A DNA stretch of 63,061 bases, counting the filler, from Octopus bimaculoides (Eukaryota), in assembly GCF_001194135.2 (NCBI RefSeq). It is 4 parts of 4 records of this genome, joined end to end, with 100 filler letters (N's around TTAATTAATTAA, not from the genome) between each part and the next. Parts side by side here need not be neighbours in the genome. Positions count along the whole stretch, not along the records: positions 1 to 27,371 come from NC_069000.1; 3 more parts are not named here. One strand, given 5' to 3'. The translations under genes were made by a program, and so were the position numbers. This document shows, in pieces, positions 10,902 through 22,806 of the stretch (positions are counted from its first letter, which is position 1; each line of letters starts with the position of its first letter). The notes beneath the pieces are model-generated. The model made no database searches. It had not been told where the DNA came from and was given only the letters and a program-made list of their open reading frames with translations.

Positions 10902-11374
10902 NNNNNNNNNNNNNNNNNNNNNNNNNNNNNNNNNNNNNNNNNNNNNNNNNNNNNNNNNNNNNNNNNNNNNNNNNNNNNNNNNNNNNNNNNNNNNNNNNNN
11001 NNNNNNNNNNNNNNNNNNNNNNNNNNNNNNNNNNNNNNNNNNNNNNNNNNNNNNNNNNNNNNNNNNNNNNNNNNNNNNNNNNNNNNNNNNNNNNNNNNNN
11101 NNNNNNNNNNNNNNNNNNNNNNNNNNNNNNNNNNNNNNNNNNNNNNNNNNNNNNNNNNNNNNNNNNNNNNNNNNNNNNNNNNNNNNNNNNNNNNNNNNNN
11201 NNNNNNNNNNNNNNNNNNNNNNNNNNNNNNNNNNNNNNNNNNNNNNNNNNNNNNNNNNNNNNNNNNNNNNNNNNNNNNNNNNNNNNNNNNNNTAATAATA
11301 ATAATAATAATAACAACAACAACAACATCGGAAAATACCTTAGGAATGAGAACCCAGGTTCGAAATTTCCCCAA

Positions 11375-11420
11375 GACACCTGATGAAGGTTGGAGGGTAT
11401 ATCAACCGAAACGTTGTGTT
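11375..11420 (+). ncRNA. Minimal type I hammerhead ribozyme (Penelope/retrozyme-type)
   Basis: Stem I GACAC/GTGTT, core CTGATGA(+A), stem II GGTTG/CAACC, GAAAC-GTT with palindromic AACGTT stem III. Confidence 0.7.
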
Positions 11421-12147
11421 AACAACAAACAAGATGAGGACAAATATCCGTCAAATGTAAATTATGTACATAATTCCTCATCTCTTAAATATAGAACTGG
11501 ACGGAAAAAGTAGTTCAAGAAAAGCACGAGTGTGATTACATGGCTGAAGTATGTTTGTGCGTGTATACACCACACACACACACACACACACACACAGGCT
11601 TTTTATTAATTAATTCTTCTTTGGTTGCTCACTGTATTAGGTAGGCAGCGTGTGAAGACAAGAATGACCACATTAATTTTTAGTTGAGTTTTCATATGTT
11701 TTTATTAACCTGCATCGTTTATATTTATATGTGTAGAAATAAATAATTTAATGCAACAACGTTCATGAAACAACGAAACGTAATAGTTGGGAGTCTTATG
11801 CAATACAGCATGCTAAATAATATCATGAAAGTAGTTCATAGTTATTAAAGACAAAATAAGTCAAATTTACTCCAAAATAAGTTTAAATTACTCCACATGA
11901 TCAACGTGTGCATGGTTGAACACCACAGTTCAGCGTTGGTGCTTATTGTCGAATACGACATAAGCATGTTCAGTTAGAAAAAGTGAAAGGGGGCGAGAGA
12001 CCAAATCACTGAGAAGAGCGGCATGGTTTCGTGTCGATTGTTGAGTGACTCTAGTCTGATGAATTTAACAATTTATTATAACCATATAAAGAAGATAATC
12101 TCAGCCCGTTATAAAAGTGGTAAAACCACCGCTTTATAAAATATATA

Positions 12148-12303
12148 TACGACGGGCTTCTTTCAGTTTCCATCTACCAAATCCACTCACAAGGCTTTGG
12201 TCGGCCCGAGGCTATAGTAGAAGACATTTGCCCAAGGTCCCACGTGGTGGGACTGAACCCGGAACCATGTGATTCGGAAGCAAGCTTCTTACCTCAGAGC
12301 CAC
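12148..12303 (-). mobile_element. SINE family B 5' half
   Basis: Match to the family B head and core. Confidence 0.85.
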
Positions 12304-14429
12304 TTCTACATTTAGAAGGGTGATTGTTATGACCAATGGTCACTCTCTAGAGTGACCATTGGTTTCGGACCTATAAAGCGCTTAGCTATATAGGCAACAA
12401 AGGAGACAGACAGACAGACAGACAGACAGGTGCATGCTAGTCTGTGTGGTAGGAAGTCTTCATCTCAACCGAGTGACTCTCTCTTGGCAAGTGTCTTTTG
12501 CTGCCGCCTCGGGTGGGTCTAATGACTCGTGAGTAAAATTAGTCGAGAAGGAAACTCGCCTGTGTATATGTCTGTGTGTGCGTGTGCATACATCTGTATG
12601 TGTGTGTGTTTTCGCGCGCGCGCATGCGTATATGTCCCGTGCCTGTTGTATATATATCCCTTAACTTAACAGTGCAGTAAATATAAATCGTTAAAATATG
12701 TACCATGCCGCAAAAAAAAAAAAAAAAATTGCACCGGATTTGATACGAACGACTGAAAAAGAAAAAGAAAGTCTTAAGGCAGTACTCCAGCATGGCCGCA
12801 ATCCAATGACTGAAATGAATAAAAAGAGCTGAAGAAACAGTGCTAGTATTTGTCCTGAATAACATTTTGCCTGGGTAAGGTCAAGGCGGTCTTAACAACA
12901 AACAAATGACAAGGAAAAACAAAACATTGGCTCACGTAATCCGAGACAATGACTCAAAACGAAATAATAATGGTTTGATTACACAGTTGGAACGCCTTTG
13001 ATCATAAAGACAGTCCAAAACGGATTTGGAACGAAATAATNNNNNNNNNNNNNNNNNNNNNNNNNNNNNNNNNNNNNNNNNNNNNNNNNNNNNNNNNNNN
13101 NNNNNNNNNNNNNNNNNNNNNNNNNNNNNNNNNNNNNNNNNNNNNNNNNNNNNNNNNNNNNNNNNNNNNNNNNNNNNNNNNNNNNNNNNNNNNNNNNNNN
13201 NNNNNNNNNNNNNNNNNNNNNNNNNNNNNNNNNNNNNNNNNNNNNNNNNNNNNNNNNNNNNNNNNNNNNNNNNNNNNNNNNNNNNNNNNNNNNNNNNNNN
13301 NNNNNNNNNNNNNNNNNNNNNNNNNNNNNNNNNNNNNNNNNNNNNNNNNNNNNNNNNNNNNNNNNNNNNNNNNNNNNNNNNNNNNNNNNNNNNNNNNNNN
13401 NNNNNNNNNNNNNNNNNNNNNNNNNNNNNNNNNNNNNNNNNNNNNNNNNNNNNNNNNNNNNNNNNNNNNNNNNNNNNNNNNNNNNNNNNNNNNNNNNNNN
13501 NNNNNNNNNNNNNNNNNNNNNNNNNNNNNNNNNNNNNNNNNNNNNNNNNNNNNNNNNNNNNNNNNNNNNNNNNNNNNNNNNNNNNNNNNNNNNNNNNNNN
13601 NNNNNNNNNNNNNNNNNNNNNNNNNNNNNNNNNNNNNNNNNNNNNNNNNNNNNNNNNNNNNNNNNNNNNNNNNNNNNNNNNNNNNNNNNNNNNNNNNNNN
13701 NNNNNNNNNNNNNNNNNNNNNNNNNNNNNNNNNNNNNNNNNNNNNNNNNNNNNNNNNNNNNNNNNNNNNNNNNNNNNNNNNNNNNNNNNNNNNNNNNNNN
13801 NNNNNNNNNNNNNNNNNNNNGTTTCGCGTTTCAATTTTTCTGTTTCTTACTCATTCCCAAAGTTGATGGACATGTAACGGTACGTAAAACCGAATCAGAA
13901 AATCTCTAGTCAGACTTTTTATTATTTTTATTTATCTATCTACCCGAAGAGACCCAGAACAAGAACGCAAAACATCCAGAGTGTTAGGTAGTTAGGTGAT
14001 ACAAAAAAGGGACAACAAAACATCCAGATAGACGATACGAAGAAAACAAGGACGGGTCATTCGGAGTTTTCTTTCCTCAGTCGAATTCCAGATTATCTTT
14101 GCAATTTCAGCTGGTTATATTCGAGATTGCTCCAATCCGGCCATCCCCAAGGAAAAATTGAGCTAAGAGCATTAGATTCCTTGGAAGAAACCAGCGAATG
14201 TATATGAAAACAAGGACGGAAAAAAAACGGAGAATGTTACACAAATACAAATAACAGGACATAACAACAGGTGTCTTTCGACTAAGGACGAATTAAATTA
14301 AGCTGGTGTGTGTGGAAGTAAAGCCTTAAGGCAGGGATACAAGATTTCACAGGCACAGGGAGGAGTATAGATGTTGCACGGACGGCGGCCGAACCAACTT
14401 ATTTGTCTCTTATACACACGCACGCGCAC

Positions 14430-14705
14430 CTTCGTTTTGGGATCACCACAACTTTATTACCTCCCCTTCTTCCTAGCTCTCCTGTGTGACCCTCCTGTCT
14501 GGCATTCGCCATGATAGTTCGCTAGCCACTACACATTCTTTAATTTCTTTCTTTGTTTATTTCTGTGTTCCTTTCTGTGGAAGAGCGTTGGCTCGAAACG
14601 ATAAAAACTTTTTCACTTCCCGAGCGTTAAACTAATACATCTGTTTGTTGTCTACACCACCTGTCTTCGCCTTTTGCTTTTTCTTTGTGAATTCTCCCTA
14701 TATAT
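14430..14705 (+). mobile_element. Penelope-like pLTR remnant with degenerate hammerhead
   Basis: CTGTGGA-A-GAGC-gttg-GCTC-GAAAC-GAT at 14575-14602, followed by a pyrimidine-rich tail. Confidence 0.45.
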
Positions 14706-16221
14706 ATAAAAACAAACTGCTCTAATTCGTCGTTAGGGTATCTATCTGCATAAGTGGAGTCTGAACTGTCTAGTTTGTATTGGCATGGAGTCGCATAATT
14801 TGTAATAATGAAGTCAAACCAAATGATATTTTGAAGTCATTTGGTACGTCCGTTTCAGGTCTGCGTAATATATGTAAGGAAATGCATCAGATATGTAAGA
14901 CTTTCATTCAGAATCTAATAAACAACAGGAAAAATCAAACGCCGCTAATGATGATGATAATGTCTTGATTGTGGTAAAAATACATTTCACACATAGATAC
15001 TGCGTCTGACAGTTCTTTCTTTCTTGGCAATGGACGCATCGACCTCTTTATCAATGTAAAACATTCGCTGTTCTTGTGGATACAAGAAATCACGACAATT
15101 TTATTAACTACAACATTCATATCAAATCCAACGAGCAAAGGCCTCACCAAATTGAATAGCAGATAGGCTTTTCAGTACCTTTCTCTAAGTATGTTGCCAG
15201 AAAGCAGGTAGTGACTTCTGACACGAAATGTTAAGCGAGAGCACCTTTAAAAAGATCCTTAATAGTTGCAAATCGTTATAAAACAACTTAACATCTCGTT
15301 AATCGCCATTTTGTTTATGAAGTGAAAAACAGATCAAGCGAATCCGCGAGTGGAGTCTGGTATTTTAGGCAAGAGTTTATACCCAGTTTTAAAATTCTAC
15401 ATATTATTTATCACAGCTACAAGGCCTGAAGCCAAGTCAGTAAATTCTACCAGCTCTATTAATATCTTATTCACCACTCAATTTCAAGTCTGACCGTGCC
15501 TCTATGAGCAAATGGAATTGTACAAAATACTTTTTACTTTCAATAGCACAGCACACCCATTTCTTTCTTTCATGCGTAACAATACTGTAGTGGTTTTCAG
15601 AATTTTAAATTCAAATTTAAACAATTCAGTATATACTATACAAGTTTAACGTCATTACCATCCTCTTTCTGCTTTTGTGGGGTTTTTTTTTTTCATAGGG
15701 ATTCTTCCATTTGCAAAGGAAGTTTGGAAAATTACCTGGAGTGACTAAGTGAAAACTTCTTTACATGTTTTATGAAAATTTAATTCTTTATTTGTCACAA
15801 AAGGCTATACATAGAGGAACAATAAGGGACAGACAAGGAGTCGTGACGACAAGGAGTCGTGACGACAAGGTGGAAGATCCGAATGGATATGACAAAGTGA
15901 AACAAATAAGTTTCTTAATGGTTAAAAATGGACAAATATAATGAATATAACAGGATGTAGCTTTAATTTTCGTTTTAAATGATGAATGTAGTCTTGGGTC
16001 AAACCAATGCCGGAGAGAAAGTTGCCCGTCCTTATCCCTTTCACGCGCATCGACCACACGGCCTCTTTTGTTATAGCCATTAAACAGAGAAAAGTTACCT
16101 GCCTTTCCTTGTTGAAGGAAGGAGGTGGAACGATCTTAATGATGGACTCAATTAACTACTGTGCTCTTCTCATACGCAACAGCAGGTGTACGACATAAAC
16201 CCATAGATTAGAAATCAGCGG

Positions 16222-16257
<36 letters not shown>

Positions 16258-18107
16258 ATATTTATAAAGGTTTCTTTTATGGCAATGAAAGATATTTGAA
16301 CTTCATCTCTATGAAAATGACTAACCAATTTTCTGTCTCTCAAGAATTGCATCTCAATCTATACACACTTCAAAGGAAGTTCAGATTTTATCACCCGTTA
16401 ATTTCAAAATTCCTATTTACTAACAGTATTGTATATACGCATGCGCGTACTATTCATTATACACTTCTATGTAAAAGCTTGTGTGGGATAAAAAAATAAT
16501 ATATGTTGATCTATACTTGTAATAACATATCCGTAAACTTATTCGTAAACGGGAAATTCCTTCTCCATACAGTTCATTCAATAACAAGTTTCCGCTGCCA
16601 ATCCAGTGAGACTCAAACGCCATCAGCATTACCATCGTCAGCTCTCATAATATTTACATTTGACAGATGATCAAGTTGTTGTCTGCTTTTACTAAAATGT
16701 GTTAGTTTGGCCTCTTCAGTGCTATTTTATGGCGATCTACGTGTTGATGAAGCAATATTACTAGAAAAACCATCCCTGATTAAGTACGGATTCACAAAAA
16801 TAATGAAGCTGAAGTTATCATCTTGAATCACAGTGGTATTGTTATTTTCCCAAATCCTATACACTGTGAAATTAAGAGTATGACATCAAAAATACAGACG
16901 ATTTGCACGTTGTTGATTGTCTACATCTGAATGAAATCATTCTTTCAAATGACCCACAAAGAATTTCCTCAGTACGATGAATCAGAACATGATAATGAAA
17001 TTCTTACAGTCAGGTTATCTGCTCGTCAGAGGGGAAAAATATAACTCAAATTCACTATAATTATTTTCAGACTCTGATGATAAACTTTGATTGCCTTAGA
17101 TTACCATGTATAACTATGTTAATGCAGTGAGCCGGATCGATTGATCGACCTAGCTACATACAAACATACACACCCATTTCCTTTATTGCCCACAGGGGGC
17201 TAAACATAGAATGGTACAAAACAACTGATTGGTATCAGTAATGCGAATGGTTTACCTAAAATATGACTTGAAAAATTATATAAAATATAAAAATCGAATG
17301 ATATTAACAGTACGTTAGACAACACAAATGAAGCGATGATCAGGCCACGCTCCTACCCCCACAAGCCCCGATCTATCGCTAGCACCTTTTTTTTTTTTTT
17401 TTTTTTAATTTTCTGACTATTCACACGGTTCCTTTCACGCACAACACTCGTGCAACATGCTTCCATCTCTTTTGGAACGTACACTCCGACAGACATCTCC
17501 TCTCCAGCCACACTTTCCTTTTCAAATGAAAAGTAACAAACATACATACCCACCTACCTACATGCTTAAGTGCTGTTGGAAAAATGTCCATGCAACAATG
17601 AAAAGATCATAGAAAATGCAAAGTTCTCCAGATATTTTTTTCTTTTTTTTCTTGGGAAGTATAAAAAGAAAATGTGTGAGAGACAGACAGACAGACAGAC
17701 AGACAGAGGCAGGGAGTGTACCTTGCCGACCAATGAACTCTGTGCGAATGTACCTAACCGGCTAATGAACTCTTCATCTACGGGTACCCTGTCAGCATGA
17801 AATGCACTTGTTGGAAAATACGTTATGTTCATGTGTGGATTGTTTGGTGCGGCAGAAAAGGAAGGGGAGCGTTGTGATAGGAGAATAGACTCGACGAAAG
17901 CCTGTCGATCAACCCTGAGAGTCACCTGTCACCCTTGAATGTTCAAAGCCATATACTTTAGTTTAGCTTTTAACACACAGTACGGGCCGGAATTAACTGC
18001 CTGCAAGAGTATTTAACTGCATCGTTGTATACAAATACGTGAGTCCAGGTACTGATATTAGGTTGAACAAAAGTTAATCGAATGCAGTCTTGTTATAAAC
18101 GCAGATG

Positions 18108-18251
18108 GTGGAGGCGCAATGGCCCAGTGGTTAGGGCAGTGGACTCGCGGTCATAGGATCGCGGTTTCGATTCCCAGACCGGGCGTTGTGAGTGTTTATT
18201 GAGCGAAAACACCTAAAGCTCCATGAGGCTCCGGCAGGGGATGGTGGCGAA
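18108..18251 (+). mobile_element. SINE family A, 3'-truncated
   Basis: Matches the first ~145 nt of the family. Confidence 0.9.
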
Positions 18252-18600
18252 AATTTTCAGAGCCCCAGCATCAGCAGGTGGTAGCATCCATTTTGAGAGG
18301 CACTGATCTATTGCCTTATACTATTCTTATACTTCTGCTTATTTTCGGAGAAAATGAAACGTTCTGAATTTAATATAGCATCCCCTGAGTAAAGGCTACC
18401 CCATTCCACCTCCACCATGTCAGCTTCTTTTGTCTTCTGAACGTATACTTCTGCGAGTCATATTTATTACCTAACGTATTTCATTTCAAAAGTTTTTTTT
18501 ATGTATACATAAATATGTAGTATTTTTAGAAATTGTTTTCATGCATAATAAATGTGCTGCTTGCTTTTTGTTGTTACTTTATTTAAAGTATTCTGGTTTA

Positions 18601-18674
<74 letters not shown>

Positions 18675-21600
18675 AAAATCAAACTGGGAACGCTTTGTCT
18701 ATTTATAAAATGGAAATCATTGAGATAGTTAATGCCATTTTACAGAATTTTCCGATGTTAGATATCGCGTTAAGGCAAAATTTGTGGACCATTTATTTCC
18801 GAAACGCGAGGGTGTATAGAATATATATTCTACACACCCCCGTTGTGTATATGAGTGTATTTTTGTTCGTGTGTGTGTATCTGTTTGTGTGTGTATACAT
18901 ATATAACATAATGGGAAATCCCATAAAGCGGCATTTGCGTATATCTGTGTATTTACATACGCGCGCGCGCGTGTACATATATAACATACATAACGGGAAA
19001 TCCTACAATGTGGCATTTGCGTACATTTGTGTAAGTATTTACATGTATGTGTGTAAGTGTGTGTGTAAGTGTTGGTCTTCCATCCTTAAGTAGACTTTTC
19101 GCAAAAATACGAAAATAACTACTAGTAAAATTGATGTTGTAGTAACACTTATTGTGTAACTCTGATCAATGTAGAGAAGCGTGACTCAGTGGTTTAGGGT
19201 GTTGCACTAACAAACGTTAGAGTGTGGTCTCGATTCTCGAACCGAGCGATGCGTTGTGTTCTTTAGGAAAACACTTCATTTTACGTTGCCCCTTTCTACT
19301 CAGTAGCAAAAATGAGTGTTCCTGCGTCGGACCAGAGTCTCGTCCAAGGGAGTATATTTACGTCACAGAATCCGGGAGACATGTCTTATTAGCTTACTAG
19401 TCTACCCGTCACCTGTAGGGTCACCGGGAAAGTCTGAGACTCCCAGCAACGGAGTTTTGTTTTGTTGTTTTTTTCTTTTTCTTTTCCAGGTTATTTCTCA
19501 TGCTTTCAACGAATGTGACNNNNNNNNNNNNNNNNNNNNNNNNNNNNNNNNNNNNNNNNNNNNNNNNNNNNNNNNNNNNNNNNNNNNNNNNNNNNNNNNN
19601 NNNNNNNNNNNNNNNNNNNNNNNNNNNNNNNNNNNNNNNNNNNNNNNNNNNNNNNNNNNNNNNNNNNNNNNNNNNNNNNNNNNNNNNNNNNNNNNNNNNN
19701 NNNNNNNNNNNNNNNNNNNNNNNNNNNNNCGTTGAATGCACTCGAAAGAAACCTATTGCTAAAAAAACTATTTCACACCGAGGTTACGAATGGGTCTTTT
19801 ACGAAATATTTACGTACTTCTAAAGTTATTTTCACTTTAGAATATTTTGCCCATCATAATGTGTCTAATGGAAACGTTAGAGCTTCTTCCCTTTCAGGGT
19901 TAAGTTATTTTCGGAGTATTTTCCCATTATGCGCCGTTTTGGGTATTTATGCTCCCAAAACCCCGAATTTCTCAATAATCACTGGTGTGACATACGCAAA
20001 AATTGTTTTATTCTGTTTGCATTCACACGTCAGGGTCACTTTTCCTTTCAAAGTATTTTCACCATTATACGCCAGTTTGGCTGTATAACATTGCAAACAA
20101 GCAAGCAAGATTGATGTTCATTTTTAATGTATTATAGACGATTCATGAAGTGCCTCTGATCCTCCATTTTGAATTCTGATGTAGAATGGCAGAGACAATC
20201 TCGGAATTTTAGATTAGCTTAATAGAAATTAGAATTCAGACGACAGTTTAACTTGTCAAAGAATTAAATCACTAGTTTTCTAGTTTAAAATAAAACATCC
20301 TGTTGTAGCTTCTCTGGTTTCAGCTCAACGCTGACCGAGCGAACAAAAGCGATCAAGTCACACATTTTCTTTCNNNNNNNNNNTTTTTTTTTTTTTTTTT
20401 TGAGGACGCATAGATGTGTGGTTAAGAAGTTGATTTAGTTTTAACGAAGTCGATTTGGTTTTCGTCCCACTGCGCAGCACCTTGGGCAAGTGTCTTGTAC
20501 TATAGCCCGGGGTCGATCAGTAGCTAGTGAACGAATTTAGCAGACGGAAACCACATGAGATCCCGTCATATGTGCATGTGTGAGTGTGTATCTGTACACA
20601 CAAACACACACACAAACACATGGGTTTCTCTCAGTTTCCGTCTAACAAATCCACTTACAAGGCTTTGATCAGCCTGAGGTGACACGTACCGGGACTGAAC
20701 CCTGAACCATGTGGTTGTGAAGCAAACTTCTCACCATACAATACGACGGGGTGTCATGGCACCAAGATTGGGATCTTTTGTTTGGCTGTCATTTTTCAAT
20801 TTCTTCAAGTTTTGTTCCAATTAATTTCATATTGGGTCTTTTGGTGTAGTTTTGTAAAGTAATCATTTACATGAAATTCATGTTCGCTATAGATCAATAA
20901 ATAAAGAGTTAATAGCTTTTAAAATTTGCGAATTTTGAGTAATTTTAGCCAAAAGAAGGCAACATTTATATAGCTGCCTGTTTCCATAGTAACAAGCCAA
21001 CATGTTACCAAGCTGCTAACCACGTGTCCTTTTTGTCACTTGTTAAATGCTTATAACAAATACGGAATGAGATGTTCTAAAAATAACAACTAAATAGACC
21101 TTAAATCACGCACGATTTTTTTTTTTGTATAATCGTATGAATTCCTGTGTGTAGAATACAAAATCGCAAAAATTTTCTGAAAATTCCAAAAAATAAAAAA
21201 GTTATGAGGGGTTTATATGGCGTACGTAAAGCAGAATTCCTCCATTATTTCATTTGTTTACAATGGACAACAGGTGCAGTCACGCACAGAATGGCAACTT
21301 CCAAATCCTGTTTTCTGACTGGGTAAAATTTACCAACCTTTAAATCTCTGTACTTTTTTTTCTTTTACCCTAGAAAAAGTGAACTACCTCCTGAGATTCA
21401 GCGTGGAAAATTACATCAATACACCAACACTAAACTATAAAATTTCCCCAGGTGCAGCCAAACAGAAAAGAACTATAGTGTTGAATCACGCACACATTGA
21501 TCATGTGCATTCATTTTAACTCCTACTTATACTGTATTCAATAACTATGAACTTGAACTACTTCTATATCATGCGCGCGCGCGCATGATATAAAAGTAGT

Positions 21601-21731
21601 ACGTGTGTGTGTGTCTCCTCCACCGCTTGACAACCGGTGTTCGTTTGTTCACGCCCCCATAACTTAGCGGTTCTGTAAAAGTAACCGATAGGATAAGTAC
21701 CAGACGTAGAGGTTGGTTTGTTCGACTAAAC

Positions 21732-22158
21732 CAGAGGTTCTCAACCATTATTTCTTTTTTGTTTTACCTATGCACGTGGAGAAATTAAACAATGTTAAAA
21801 TTAAATGCCATAATAACTTAATCAATGAACTAGTTCTAATACTTTCAAAGATACCAGAGGTCACACAGATTACTATTTTATTCTGGTGGACTAAAACTAC
21901 ATAGTTTTATAGATACTACTTTCAAAAGTCTTCTTTTGCTTTTCACACATTAACTTGCATAGGTTAAACTATGTAAACTGCTAGAGAAAGAAACCTAGCT
22001 GTTTCGTGCAACGCATACTAATACATACATCTAAAGCAAAAAATGTTCAGGGGTCCTTAAAATACTATTGCGGATTCTCAATTTATTTTGTTGTGTGGAC
22101 TCCCAGAAATCTTATGTGGACCCTCAGGGGCCACATGGACCCCGGTTGAGAACCACTG
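21732..22158. mobile_element. hAT (Charlie-like) MITE
   Basis: 15-bp TIRs CAGAGGTTCTCAACC / GGTTGAGAACCACTG; 8-bp TSD gactaaac/aactaaac; splits a SINE B 3' half. Confidence 0.85.
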
Positions 22159-22437
22159 AACTAAACTGTTCAAGGTAGTGTTCCAGCATGGCCGCAGTCC
22201 AATAACTGAAACAAGTAAAAGATAAGAGATCTCTAGCAAGTGGTACGGTCGTTTAGAACCGATTAGGGTACCTTTTGCTGGCGAAGGTAAAGAATACGCA
22301 CACCCGATGTTTAAGGTTAGGGGTTAGGGTTTTTGTATTCTTTACCTTCGCCGCTTTTGTTTGTTGTTGTTTTACAATATGCGGGAATGGCAATTTATAT
22401 GAATGAACTACAGCGGACGTATCTATATTGAGCAAAA

Positions 22438-22806
22438 TGTTGGCACTCCGTCGCTTACGACGTCGACGGTTCCAGTTGATCCGATCAACGGAACAGCCTG
22501 TTCGTGAAATTAACGTGCAAGTGGCTGAGCGCTTCACAGACACGTGTACCCTTAACGTAGTTCTCGGGGATATTCAGCGTGACACAGTGTGACAAGGCTG
22601 ACCCTTTGAATAACAGGCACAACAGAAACAGGAAGTAAGAGTGAGAGAAAGTTGTGGTGGAAGAGTACAGCAGGGTTCGCAACCATTCCCTGCCAGAGCC
22701 TCGTGGAGCTTTTAGGTGTTTTCGCTCAATAAACACTCACAACGCCCGGTCTGGGAATCGAAACCGCGAGTCCGCTGCCCTAACCACTGGGCCATTGCGC
22801 CTCCAC
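22438..22806 (-). mobile_element. SINE family A, full length
   Basis: Reverse complement of 886-1258. Confidence 0.9.

Noticed and set aside
14761-15150. Protein-like short ORFs on both strands
   Set aside because: No recognisable motif, stops in every frame and no convincing splice pair.
15832-15870. 16-bp tandem repeat x2.4 and ~80-bp imperfect duplication at 18890-19045
   Set aside because: Ordinary slippage-type duplications with no further structure.
16727-16863. Possible terminal exon (YRIWENNNTTVIQDDNFSFIIFVNPYLIRDG...SP*)
   Set aside because: Short, AT-rich and unrecognised; an AG plus 45 open codons can occur by chance.
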